The notes below the pieces were generated by a model. That model was not told the origin of the DNA. It did no database searches and saw nothing but the letters and a program-made list of their open reading frames with translations. A DNA stretch of 64,000 nt from positions 13,516,001 through 13,580,000 of the forward strand of contig JBHGNT010000006.1 of the NCBI GenBank assembly GCA_043228905.1, written 5' to 3'. The stretch's first letter is position 1; each line of letters starts with the position of its first letter. Made by a program: the position numbers and the translations under genes. The DNA is from Azolla caroliniana (Eukaryota > Plantae > Polypodiophyta). Of the stretch, positions 26,001 through 39,300 are shown in pieces.

Positions 26001-26031
26001 TAAAGCTTGGCAACCCAGAGGTACTCTGCAT
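23011..26031 (-). CDS. PLS-class pentatricopeptide repeat protein, E subgroup (no DYW); likely organellar RNA-editing specificity factor
   Basis: Intronless 1006-aa ORF: L-S + 7x(P1-L1-S1) + P2-L2-S2 + E1 (VWLALLDACRKWGNVELG) + shortened E2 (PYVLLSHIY). The start codon is uncertain because splice acceptors flank it. Confidence 0.93.
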   Translation of the reverse strand: MQSTSGLPSFTHRITHEPVYIDALYNPTWIHQEFRRRQVSNKKLNRETCKDEPDEERSFMALLKSCAKKKNTFEGARLHKDILARGLLEKSPYLGSSLISMYAKWGMFAKAQHVLEGVPIQNIVSWNTLITGYTRHGRAQEALDCFARMQGMGLSPNAVTFICILKACGKIGAIEQGKQIHDEIVSMGFLEKDIILGTALVDMYAKCGDLEKAKKTLEELPARNEITWSALIAGYVRHKQGHEALNLFNQMQIEGLCPDSITFISILKACGSIASILEGKQIHEEIVKRNLLENDIVLGTVLVDMYMKCGAFALARKVLEELPNRNTVSWSALIAGYVEEGQSHEALNCFECMWREGVSPDEVIFISTLKACGSTGALGKGKQIHNEIVKRGFLKDMVVGTALVDMYAKCGMLKKAQEILEELPIRDVVSWCALIAGYVEHGKAYEALNCFEQMTSEGLSPDAITFIFILKGYGSIRAIDRGKEIHKEVVKRNLLGKNIVLGNAVIDMYVKCGKLTEAQEVLEGLHARNVISWSTLIAGYTDEEKFNEALNRYEEMQIEGISPNAITFVCILKACGNVGSIDKGKQIHDEIVKSGLLERNTILGNALIDMYARCGLVAKARQTLEELPIRDIVSWNALIAVYAQQGHGHEALLCFEQMQSEGLSPNQVTFTCILVACTRIGAIDKGEQIHVEIASRGFLKKDIVLGCTLVDMYAKCGVLEKAQEVLGELSNRHVVSWSALIGGYTMHGQGHEALNCFEWMQREGSSPDAITFICLLKACGNMAAIDKGKQIHEEIVTMGLLDKDVVLGTALIDMYANCAMLTKAQEVLLELPTRNVVSWCALIAGYARQRQAQEALECFTHMQSEGTLPDAITFLCLLSACSHSALLDEAQMLFGNMMRKNGLTPNIEHYTWIVGVLGCAGHFDKAMSVIHVMPSSHSLGVWLALLDACRKWGNVELGSLAFDRAIQLDSLCGAPYVLLSHIYLNVGMHEAAKKVEAMKLKLSPLD

Positions 26032-26779
26032 AAAATCAATCTCAATCTATCTTCCTTTCCTGTGTGTACATTATAAATCACTAGAAATACATGGACATCA
26101 GAGCACTCTCAAAAACATCACGACACTGCATTGCGACTAAATTGTCACACAGGGGAAGGATATGCTGAATATTTTGTAGGAAAAAATGACAAATAGACAT
26201 TTCTTCTGGAGATAAAACACGAGAATTACGATACACAAATAGCTTGCCCTAACAAGGTAGCTTTCAGAATACGATGCACAATATGAGCTGACAACCAGAT
26301 GAAACCACATTTGTATCCACCAATTATGTCATAAACCTCAGTATCTAAGAAAATCAAAGACAAAATGATATTTGACAAATAATATCGATAAGTTGAACTT
26401 CGGACAAACCTACTGGAATGGAGACAGTAATTTCAGACATTGAGGCCCAGATGGCCAACACAGTTCTACATATGATGTGCCATCCAACATAGAATAAATA
26501 TGTGAGCACTATTTGGAAGTGATAATACCATTCACCGTATGTTGTCATTGTAAGGCAGCCATCAGCAGTAAGTCTGACACTATTATTCTCCATATGACAT
26601 CCAATAATCGAGCCCTTGTCCACCGCATCCCTAGTTTTCTGATTTTCCATTCTTTGAACATCTCCAACATCCAAACATGTTCACCAAGTAGCATATGATA
26701 AATGTCATTTGTCTAAACCACAGTTGCAGGCATCTCACCCTTAAAGAGCCCATGACATGTCTCTGCTTTATTTGTGGAA

Positions 26780-29760
26780 ATTTGTTGGGGATAAAGGCCC
26801 CAAGGGCTCTCCTTTTTGTATATTTTGATCCTTCCATGTGACAGCTCCCTTCGAGAGCTTTTTAGACACATCTTTACTATATTTTTGGCCCCAATTTAGG
26901 CGCTTATAGGCATTTACATTATCTTTATAACTTTTGGTCACTGGCCATGTGTGAACATGCCCAAATGACCTAAAAGTTACTTATAAAAAAGAATTCGTCC
27001 CAAATCTCTCATAATGAGATAGGGACTTTAGCGGCTAGGGTTTCCTCTCCATTTTTTGCACAATTTTCTCTACTATCTCTCTCCTCACACAGCAGCCCAC
27101 TCCCTTGATGTTTTGGATCTGAACACACCATCTCATCAAGCATGATTGTATATATTAGAAAGTTGAATTAGAAAGAAAGAACACAAGTGACAAGAAGAAA
27201 AAGAACAGCGAGAATGAAGCACATAACAGCTTTAAGGACAAGGACAAAGAGAAGGCCAATGTGACCCCTAGTGTCATCATTGAGGAGCAATCAGATGCAG
27301 AAGATATTCTTTATGCTACCATGGCAGCCATAGTTATTAAAAAACACATATTCTACGTTTACAGTACATTTTAGAATATTCTGAAGTATTCTACACGTAT
27401 TATACGTTTTAGAACTGCCATTTTTTAAAATTTGGCGTATTCTACGTATTCTAAAAATTTGACATATTCTACATATTTAATAAGTATTTAAATTTTTTTA
27501 AATTTTAAAAATTTCTTTTAGAAAAAAAAACTTTAAATTTTAAGAAGTATTTAACGTATTTTACAAGTATTCTACACCTATTCTAAGTAATTTAACATAT
27601 TTTATCTATAAAATACGTATTCTAAGAATTTTTTTTAAAAGTTAGAATACTTAGAATACGTATTTTACGCTAAGTATTTTACAACGATGATGGCAGCAGA
27701 TCATGTTGAAGTTAATGGTGCTTCTATTTTTTATTCATGCACAAGATATACAGATTACAAAGAGCAATCTAATTGATGCTTTGTCACAAACATGGATTGT
27801 GGGTTCAGGTGCATCATTCCATGTTACTCCTATTAAGGAGTGTTTTACTACCTTTACTGCAGGCAGCCATAGACATGTATACCTTGGAAATAACCATGAT
27901 TGTTCTATTGAAGGTATTGGAACAATGCATCTCATAGTACATGGTACTAATGAGCTGGTTTTGCATAATGTAAGATATGTACCAAGCATAAAAAAAACGT
28001 ATTGTCTATTGGACAAATGGATATGCATGGATGTAGTACCCTCTTTGAGAAAGGTTCATGGAAGCTTATCAAAGGCTGTAGGCTAATTGTTAAAGGTACA
28101 AAGAAAGGGACTGTCCATTGCTTGCATGGTAAATCTTTGATGGACAAGTCTCAAAACTTGATTTTTGTAATGAATGTCAATATGGCAAGCAAGTAAAGAA
28201 TTCCTACTACTCTGGTGTCTCTCGTAAGCTTAATCTTCTTGATCTAGTTCATTCTGATGTTTGCAACATGCCCACCAAATCTATGGGAGATGCTTTTTAT
28301 TTTATTTCTTTTGTTGATGACTACTCTAGGAAGCTGTGGATATATTTGTTAAAATCTAAGGATGACGCCTTCGTTGCATTTACGAAATTTCATGCATTTA
28401 TAACCACCCATACAGTTAGAAAGCTGAAATGTGTAGGTACAAATAACGGGGTGAGTTTACAAGTGCTGAATTTAATAGATTTTGTGAAAATATTGGTATT
28501 AAGAGGGAGCTAAAAGTTCCATACAGCCCCACTTCAAATGGTCTGGTTGAACGGTATAACAGGACTTTATGCGAGAGGGTGTGATGCATGCTGTCCACAG
28601 CTAATCTCCCTCATGGATTTTGGGGAGAGGCCTTGAAAACTGCAGTTCATGTTTGCAATAGATCCCCTCATATGTCCTTTTGGTCTGGCAAACCAGCTTC
28701 ATATGACCACCTCCACATCTTTGGCTATGATGCTTTTCTGCATCTAAGGCCTGAGTTGAGAAGCAAGTTAGATGCAAAGTCCATGAAAGGAATCTTTATG
28801 GGTTATGGAGATGAAGGTGAAATGGGCAACAGGATTTGGCTACCTCAACTCAAGAAGGTAATACACAGCTGAGATGTTGAATTTAATGAGGCAAGTCTAC
28901 TCAACAATGATTGTGCAAGTGTGACCACAAAAGAGTCAAATTTCAGCATGTACAGCGACAAGTTAAATCTAATATGAACCCTCGGGATGGCACCACATTT
29001 GGATGGAAATAATAATGAGCCAGTGGTTATTGAGCCAGATGATGTTGGACAGAAAATGACGCTCCTGATGGGCGTATGCAGCCACCTATTCATCCTGAAA
29101 ACAGGGCTGGAAATGATGTATAGCAGCCCATTAACAATGAAGATGTCAATGTACCTCCTTATGTAGATCCATTGCCAGATAATGTGGATCATTGGGTAAG
29201 GCTGGTTGTCAAGGGATATGCCCAAAAATAGGGCATTGATTTCGAAGAGGATTTCTCTCCAATGGTTAAGATGACCACACTACATGTCTTGTTTGCTTTC
29301 ACAACCGCCTTGGATTTGGAATTATTCTAAATGAATGTTAAAACAGCCTTTTCGCATGGTGATTTAGACAAAGAATTGTACATGAAACAGCCAGAAGGAT
29401 ATGCCATTCCTGGAAAAGAGCATCTGGAATGCAACTGAAAAGGAGCTTATATGAGCTGAAACAGGCCCCAGGCAATGGTATAAGAAGTTTGATCCATTTA
29501 TGCTCAAACATGGGCTCAAAAGAATCCATGCAGACCACTCTTTGTACACTAAAAATGATGAAGATGGAAGCCCAATTATTTGTGTACTGTATGTAGACGA
29601 TATGCTGCTGGCAGGGAAGAAAAAGAGCACTCTGAATGCTCTAAAACAGCAGCTGAACTTTGCATTCTCAATGAAAGACCTTGGGGAAGCTGAGCATATC
29701 CTTGGTATGCGAATAAAAAGGGATAGGCAACAGTATACTTTGCATTTATCCCCCTTTAGT
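26780..29760 (+). mobile_element. Heavily decayed Ty1/copia fragment
   Basis: WIVGSGASFH, FISFVDDYSRK, FWGEAL, FMGYGDEGEMG, LYVDDMLL, MKDLGEA in several frames with stops; boundaries approximate. Confidence 0.8.
27329..27689. mobile_element. hAT-type MITE (361 bp, AT-rich)
   Basis: 8-bp TSD ATGGCAGC at 27321..27328 and 27690..27697. Imperfect TIR CATAGTTATTAA / CATCGTTGTAAA. Internal TATTCTA repeats. Confidence 0.8.
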
Positions 29761-32700
29761 ATACTTTGCATTTATCTCATGATTATTTCTTTCAAAAATG
29801 ATGGGTATAAATATAGATGCTCTCTAATTGCCTCCATGTAAAACATGTAGCTTCTATAGGCACAGTGAAACTTTGATGTATCACAACCAAAATACCACTA
29901 ACTTTCTATGAGAAGATAACCTAGAATCCACAATTATAATAGGACCATCCCATTGAAAAAAATGCAAGGATGTCAAAACCTCTCTTTGTGAGAAATTGGC
30001 TATCTGTCAGAGGATGCCAATTAACAAGACTTCAATGCAATACCATTGCGTGAGAAAATATTGAGTCATGATCGAGATTGTCTCTCTTAAATCGTCCGTG
30101 ACTATTAATCACGTGCAACTAAGAAGCTGAAAACTATGTGGTGCTATGAGAGATCCAACTTTTTTTAATTACGAAAGATATAACTGCATCCCCTCACATG
30201 GCATGAAGTAAAAATCTTGGGACCCATGGCAACCCAAGTAACCCCAAGCTGAGCTTCTTTCATGCAAAGCTTGTATTTGAGTGTGTTAACCTAACTATAA
30301 TCTTCCCCATCAATTGTAATAGTGGAAAACAAATAGGAAATCAAATGGGATCATGATAGATTGTAATACTTTCCAGCATACATGGAAGGACCATGCCTTT
30401 GATTTCCAATACATAAATATGTCTAAAATCCTTTGAGAGAATTAATTGATGAGCTGCAAGTTGGAAACATTAACTCCAATGAGAATTAACAAATATCAGC
30501 ATATCATTCCACAATTGATGACCATTCCTCTCCAACCAAGGTCCACATTAGGAAAGATTTCTGCACATTAATGTTTGAACCACAGGCCAAAGCAAATCAA
30601 TCATGTTTCCACCATGTTACTGATGTTTTTGACATAAATGAGTCATCGGCCAGAACAATAGTTTCATGATGGCAAAGTCAGGCCAACCAACTCACAGTTT
30701 CCTGCTGTATTATGAGCATTAATAAAGTAGAGTGAGTACCATTAGCAATCAACAAGGTACTCAGTCAGCAGCCTTTGCTAACCAATCTAGAAGTTTAACA
30801 GCCTGCATAAGTTCATCACTGTGCATAATATGAGATGAAACTCTCAAGCCTAATGTACAATTCCCAAATCCCATACTTTCAATAAGGCTTGATAGAAAGG
30901 ACAAATTTTAAATGGCCATTTTGAACATATCTGAAACACATCAATTTCCTGTTTTCAATTCAATGGCATAATCAGCAGTCATCAAATAAAATATTGTGCA
31001 AAATGTCTCTTTTACGGATAAACCAAATTGAGTTATTGATGGTAAATATACTTCTGTATTCTATGGGCAATGACTTATTAAGGTCTCCAGTAAGTGAAAT
31101 GAACTGTCATTGAGAACTTACAACCTTTTCAGCATTGTACCCCTCTTCAAAATTGAAACGAGCAAGGTATCACAGCAAGATCTATGGCAGCTCTATACCC
31201 AAAAGACTCAGCTCACACCAAGGGTATCATTTTCCCCAAGGACGGTCTACTACAAAGACCATTTCATGAACCTTTCAGAGCCTGGATTTATATGGAGACA
31301 GGGTACATGAAAGCCTACATGCCCCATAGTGCTTCCAAAGCAACAGGCCAACTCAGATTTTCCTCCCAACAACTAGAGATTGAGGCAACATATTAGAATC
31401 AACCATGACAACACTACAAAGCAAGAACAAACAAACACGCACCTCTGCGTTACGATAGACCAGAGGATCTCTGAAGTATTCCTTCCATTGTAGCTCCATC
31501 TTTTTGTTAATCATCTGGACTTCAACCTCATGCTAGAGTCGGATCCTTTTCCTTTTATGTCAATGATTCATATTTACATAAGCCTGAGCTAAGGAACCAT
31601 TATAGCTAACTTATGGTCCTACTCTATTTTCTCAATATCACCTGCAGGTGCTCTGTTCTGCAAAACAGCCAAGATAAGACATGTCTGTATACTGAAATGA
31701 CAAATTAATTCGTTCTTTGTTACTACCCAAGTGTAATAAAATCATGAACAGAGAGCTTCACCACGTACATTTCCACTCCTCGTGTAAGCATAGAAATTTC
31801 GTTCATCATTTTCACCTGTTATCCCTCTTAGTCCAAGAAAGTGTAACCACGTGTCTGAAGAAGTTCTCCTATGGAGAAACATGGTCAACTGGCCAGTACC
31901 ATTCACTGCCATTATCGGCCATCAGGAGAGAAATCACTACCCACCACATTACCTCGTCGAATAAGATGTCACATCAACCACAGAAATTCATCTTGCCTCC
32001 TAGCAGAGGCCATGATGAGTATAGTAGGTAACACCCAATGCCCATTCCCTCCAGCTTCATACCTCCATGCAAATAACATACAGAGTTTCCTCATCTATCT
32101 AACCTTCTAGTTGCAACCGCATACATATACATTTTCTGCAGTGACTCGCTAGACGTTGCTGAACAATAAAAAAGACATAATTAGCGCTGTTAGCCTAAAA
32201 TCATGAAGTGTTTAGCTAAATAAAAGAAATTCCCCACAATTTGCCTCTTCCTTTTTCACGAATGACATAGTCACCACATCTAGGATGGAAGGGTATCGCA
32301 TTAATGGTGGACAAGAGATATGGTTCCTTCTCTTATTAATGCCTTAGAAACTTCAATCCAATTCTAGATATCCTTTCTATAAGCAAGAATTTCAGACATT
32401 GAAAAGCACCAGGTGAAATTCACAAGCTTGCAGAAGTACAAATCTACCGCAAATGAAGGAAGCATTAACTCCTACACGTTGGGTTTAGCGATGGACAGAA
32501 GGGAAATTTACTGAAGTACCCAAAACACATAAGTACTACTGCATCCATTTTCCCACTTCTGCAAATACCCAATATACACCTTTTAGTTCTATCACTTTTC
32601 TCATTTTTTTGTCATGGGGTAGGCCCCATCTAATAGATTGCAATGAGTCTCCCGTGGATGTTAAAAGCATATTTATCACCAATTCGACATACTCTTTAAG

Positions 32701-33355
32701 TTCCCCCTCTAAATTGGAAGACTACAAGATATATATTTTAGGAATTGAAAGAGGAAAGATATCATTGAATGCAAGACAAACAGGGAGGGATGTAAGGTTA
32801 TTGTGGTAATCTCGATCTCTTTCCAAGATGTTATATTATGAGCTTCATGAACAATCCAGGTTTTGGTTAATTTCCCTGGAAAAACCAAAAAACTGAATCT
32901 CAATGACACTAATAATTCCCTAAGATCCAAACAATTCAAGAAATGTGTTACAAATTTGCTCTGGTATCAGAATACTGTTCCCTTTTCAAGGGGGGAAAAT
33001 TTGAACAATATTTACAATGTTTTGAACCCAAAAGCTGTCCATAAATGGTGACGAAGATTTCTGTTTTAACATCCAGAACTCTCTTAAGATGCTGAAGAAT
33101 GAATAAAATCCATACATAGATATACTCGAGCATTATACTTTTAAATACAAGAACATCTCTGGTTAGAGATCCCCCACAACACTATTATATTTAAATCATC
33201 TCAGGGATCAGAACAACTATTGCAAGTAAAATAATCTGGGAAGTTTATTCGATTATGATTTATCATCTGAATCTATTGATAATACATATACAAAAAATAC
33301 TGTTGCCCCTGCCTGGTATACATAGAATGATGATTCATTCAAAACCTTGGCAAAT

Positions 33356-36300
33356 TCAAGGAAAAAGTGGCAAAATTCCAATCTGATGGAAGATTCCTTG
33401 ACCAGTGCTGACCTCCAACAAAAGCAAGGCAAGAACGGCCAGCATTGCTGCCCTTCCATTCCATGTTTCTGCACTCTTTGTCCAGCCCCATTCCCAAACT
33501 GTGACGAGTGGTGGGAGCTGCCTCCTCTGAGCATCATATGTAGCAAGCACTTCCTCTACACTACCAAGAGGTATCAATGACTGCGAGAAAAAACAAAACA
33601 CGAATCAAGCAATGGTATTATTATCCCATGGTGGCAAACTCTAGAGAGAATGCATATGTCATCAAATCAGTCATAGTTCAAGAGAATAAATATCATGCAT
33701 TTAAAAGGGCATACATCAATGACGACAAGAAAAACAAATTAAATGAAGGAAATATTAGGAACTGGGAGAGAAGGCTCGCTATATGACTCTAATTCAGGAT
33801 GTGGGAAGAGTTTTAATGGTTAGGTATCAATGACAGCAACAAAGAATTACAAAATTAACTAGCTTTTAGTTAGACATTGGAAGAAAAACTAACAGAATAC
33901 ATATTGGAAGTAGGTTTTTATGAGTCCAAATTTGCTTAATGGACCCCAATGGACCATCAAATCGACGAGGGTCAGTTACTGTTTCATGGCTACTTTGACA
34001 CCATGAATAGTATTTCATTATTCCAAGTGATTGGACCTGGAGATTGTTTGAGTAGGGATTGTTTTGTTTGACACTCCATTGCTTAGGGTCTGCACACAAA
34101 CCACATTGATTCTAGTGAAAGGAACATTGGATGTCATGGTTCTTAACTGATTCCAGATAATAATGATAAAAGAGTTGGGTTACAGATTTCCTTCCAATGG
34201 TCCAGACAGGGCAGCACCTGTGACATCTCAAATCTGGACACTTCTAATTTGGTCATTTTCTGATGCTGTATACAATTGGATAAGTGACTTTCTAAAAGCA
34301 ATGGAAGCACATCACCTTGTGGCAAGGTAATGTTACTCATTTAATGAATCTTCCATTTGCCCTCACAATTAATTAATGGCCAAAACACATTCAATATGAA
34401 CAGTCTGTCCATATGGACATGGTTGTTTCTGTCTGGAAACCTCATGCAGGTTACCGATTTCATGTTCCCGATTTTCATGGCATAGTACCGCAAGATCTTA
34501 TTGAAACCCTTGCTTGGGTCCACGAATTTCGTTCTTCACAAATAAGACATGCAGGAAGGATGTATCAGTTGTTTTTTTCCACAGTTCATGGAAGATTAGT
34601 AGGACTAGCCCATCAGTAAGTTACATATTTACTTATGCATCTTTTCTATCACCTGCTAGCTCTTACGTGGGTTAAGTTAAGATAATCAACAGCTTTATTG
34701 ATCACCACCTAAGAACAGAGTATTTCTACTTTGAGCTTGCCTATGCTACTATTCCCCTTATTACAACTTGACTCATGGAAAAAATAGGGAAAATGTATAT
34801 ATAAATTTTATCATTTTTGTATCCATCAGTCAAGAGAATGGAGCACAATTGTATTCAATTACCTAGTGAATTACAGCAAGAAAGAGTTTTATTAAGAAAG
34901 AGAAAAGGACTGCAATTGAAAAATACAAAATTATCCAGCTAATCGGCAATGGAGGAGAACGTTTATAGTATGTGCATGTTGCTTTCATCTAATTCAAGTG
35001 ATGAAAATCATTAAGAAGAACAAGTAATGGCTGCATAAAGAATACCAAGATAGCAAACCATTATCTGGTTCAGTCTAGTCCCAGTGATAGCAAGAGAGAT
35101 CATGCATTTTAAAAGGGTTAGAAGAATTTGCTTCCCCCTTTTAACAGCTCCATGTAAAAAATATCTTATTCAGAAACGTCTCACACCCAACCTATTCAAA
35201 AATAGAACTAAATGTTTGCAGCACTACAACAAACAGCTTATACATGCTTTTAATTAAGTGTGGTAGCAGACAAAAACGGCTCCTTTGGCCTAAGATTTAT
35301 CGAGTGACTAGTATCTTGTAAAACCTCCCTTCTTATAGCTCTGAAATATGAATTCATATCTTTCATGAGCATGTGCTTTTTTGGGGTGTGAATCCTTGAA
35401 TGTGAACAGGAGAAAAACATGACAGTAATCATACTGGAGAGAATAATCCTAATCTATAACAAGGTTCGTCTCTTATTAAAGTCCAGAAAGGAAGCAAAAA
35501 AGGAAAATGGTTGGAAACAACTAGGGTTGATAGAAGCAGCTTTACAGAGCTAACTTTCTATCAGTAATTCTCAGAGCATGTCACTTCAATTCTCAGTTAC
35601 ATCTTACCCTAGCATTATGCAATTTACCCTAAAAGTAAGCCATTCCATTAACCATACCTGCCGTGCCTCTATATTTGATACTGCCATAGCTCCAACATAT
35701 GGCAAAGCCTCAATTACTGCATCTGCAAGGTCATTGATGAAGTCTTCTTCACAACCAAGGGCAGGTACACGGCCCCAATTTTTTATTCCAGATTCTAAAG
35801 CAAGCTCACGATACTCAACATCAATTTCCTCAAGTGTCTCTATATGCTCACTGACAAAACTGCGAGTGTAGGCGATTTTTAATTAGCAAGCACCCATGAA
35901 TTATGCATTTATGCATGTAGATACATGCATGAACCTTTTGACACTATTACAACGATACACTGAAAAGAATGGAAAGAAATAGAAGGTAACCTTATTGGAA
36001 CAGCAAGGAGACTTTCCACACCTTGTCTACCCAGCTCTTTAATGGTATCATCAGTGTATGGTTTTAGCCATTCAACAGGACCAACTCTACTCTGTCAACA
36101 AATCAAAAAGGTATTAAATGGACCCAGCACATATTTATGGTGTGTCCATATCTAGGAGGTTTTAGCAAACTGCCTATGCCTTGATAAATTTGGCGACACA
36201 CCTGATATGCAAGAGTGTGATCATTGGGTACACCTCTCAGTCGTAGCTCGATCATTATGAGTTTTATGCAATGTTCCATTTCATCCTTGTAGGGATCACC

Positions 36301-39300
36301 TGCTTCTTCAACATATGCACGAGGCACTCCATGTGCAGAGAAAAAGATCATAACCTGATATTTATAAAAAAAATTAGCGGATTTGAACCAGCTAAACCTC
36401 TTGTAAACTACAAGAAACCTAAAGCTAAAGCCAATTTGGTGTCGCGGGCTAAGCTTATCTACTAGACTATAAGAATTGACAGTAGAACCCTCAAGATTGA
36501 GGTCACCTGTAGGCACTGCAGCTAGCATGATGCATTGATTAGATATAACACATCACAGAAATCAATAATATGAACACATAAAAATTCGCCGATGCACCTC
36601 TTGAGCTTTTTCAAAAGCCTGCAGCTCTTTTTGTATCAGTGTTGCCATAGATTTCACATATCCTTCTCTTTGATACCAAGAAGGTATCACAGTGTGCTGC
36701 ATATTGACAAGATATTCATCTTCCCTGCATGTCCAACAAACCAATGCATAAACAACTGCTAAAATATCTAAAAGTTCCTATAAGCATGCATGTATAATCA
36801 CCGGAAAATTTCCTCAAGGAGTCGGAGGCTGGAACCACTAGTGGAGATTGAAAATTGTGGATAAAGAGGTAGAACAACCAGCTTTGAAATCTGATCCTTC
36901 TTTATCTGCAAAGAGAAAAGAGTAATTACCCTAGTAGAATCCATTATCCACTTGATTGAAACACAATACTCAGAACAGGAAGCAATATAAATAGTGTTCA
37001 TTTATGACATTTGATTGTTTTGAATCTATATGCATGATTACAGTGTAAAATTATCTTTGACTTTCTTATGGAAAAAAGAAAACAGAAGTAGATGACAATA
37101 CATAACATCCTTGTGCATTTGAGACCATCGTAAGATCAATAAGCCGTTATTGTCTTCGAAAATTCAGAAAAAACATTGCCAGATTTTATTATGATTGTTT
37201 ATGTTCCTACAATAGCTCATAATACTCGACTCATTAACTTATTGCAATTCTTGTTTTATTTTTCTAGAGGTACAGGCATAAATTATTTTCTAATCTCTGC
37301 TACATACATAACAGTTGTCATGTTCTTTTCCAAATGCCATGCACCATTTGATCTCGTTCAAAGATTACTGATATCATTCCTTGATGACATAAGCATCCTA
37401 CTTATTTACAATGATACTGAAACCTGCTCGATCTTCATAAGACAGAATTGAATGATGTGCATTTCTCCTTTATCAGTAAGTCAAGCAAACATGTCATATC
37501 ACAACCATAGAGATGGAATTTCCAAAATCGCACCTTCCTGATTGCATCCTCAGTAAATGGATGCCAATATCTCATGCCAACATACACCTCTACATTCATA
37601 TCCTTTTCCTTTAACACCTTCCTTAATGCACTGCCCTGCATATCAAAGATCAAAGGATTAGATGACGGCCCAGGGTAGAAAGAAAGAAGGATATGTTAAC
37701 GACTTTTAATAGGTCAAAGTAGACAACACCTTAAGAGGTCTGTGAGAACAATTAATCAAAATAAAAATAAGCAAACATAAGCGCTTAAGATTCTGAAGTT
37801 AAATTGAAACTACGGCCTTCAAAAAACCTCCAATATAGAGAGCTATGAAGAGAATCGGCACCTTCAATGTCGAGAGATAAAGACTTTTATTTGTCAATGC
37901 CAAGCGTAACAATACCATGGTCAAGATGATCGTAGCCTAGATGCATCACATATTGCTATTGCCTGATCTATTGTAACCCACCCCTTTGAATCTCCTATTC
38001 AAGAACCCACTTGTGCAGACATTGATTGACGTGTAGCAGGAGTGGTAGAGCCAAAGAAGTTATGATGCTTCTTTTTTGATGAGTTGAGGTTGTATTGTTG
38101 TCCTTCAATAACTTCTTGCCATGTTTCTTGAGTTCTAACAAGAACAACACCAAGCACCGTTGGTCTTCGGATTCCGTTAACTTGTGTAATGGGCCAAAAC
38201 CTTGTTTGAAGAAGCAAACATATCTCCCTCTTATTTCATAAAACAGCACCATGGAAAACATATCACTCTTGCAATTCCACCCATCGATGGCACAATCGGC
38301 AAATTTGTTCCATAGATTTGAGGAATGTGTGAGACAAATGTGTATACATATTAGAAGACACGAAGATAAATCCATCATATAATGTGTAATAAGAGTGCCT
38401 TATTGTGGGCCATCTTCCCAGAAAGAATTGTATGGGGCTGATCAATGTTCTGTCATTATCCAATTTAATGATATCAGTTCAAATCACTCTTATTTTTTGG
38501 CACTTTGATCATAGTCAAGTGTGGATAGTCAAAGTATATTGGAAGGGGGGTCATGCGTTTATACTTGTGCCATGTATTGGAACCGTCCTTGCATTTCAGC
38601 AGACCAACAATGATTATCTGCATGTTCATTAAGTTACTTTGATGGCGGTCTTGAGTATCTTTGTTAGGGAGCTCCCAAACTCATTGGATACCAGTCACTG
38701 ATTGGATTAATGCTCAGTCACTGTTGGGGGGGGCTGCTCCCATCTCCAGTTGGATTATAGCATGGAACCCCGACTCTTTGCTCATTGCCATGCAAGCAAT
38801 CATCAAGGCTAAAGGTTTCTCAAAATCCAAAATTACCAATGTCCAAGAAAAACATCATAATATCTTCTCTATGATTCAAATAATATGAAATCAGTCCCTA
38901 TGGTACTTGCTGCAACCAGTCCCGAACCAACCCGGCGGTTCATGCAGCTGCCGACTGTACCGTCATCTTTGCTGTTGCTTTCATCAAGTTTAGCCTCAGT
39001 AGAGGTGGGTGGTGGCACTGGGTGATAAAGATTAGAACGATCAGAACACTGTAATTGGCACAAGCCTTAATAGAAAAGCTAACTCAGTACAAACAGCCAA
39101 ACAATTAATGAATGCTCCGTATTTCTGCTATAATTGGCACGAACCATAATAGAACAGCTGTGTCAACATTACATTTCAGCTGTCATTAACCATGTTTGTC
39201 CAATCCATCTGGTCATATAAATCATATGAGTGGGTGCAACCAATAGGGCCAGCAACTTGTCCATTGTACAAGTTAGTCCATAAAAACTTCTCAAATCATG

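Noticed and set aside
26354-26674. 106-aa ORF as a coding first exon of the PPR
   Set aside because: Its donor at 26536 is phase 1 and does not match the phase-0 acceptor at 26025; at most a UTR exon.
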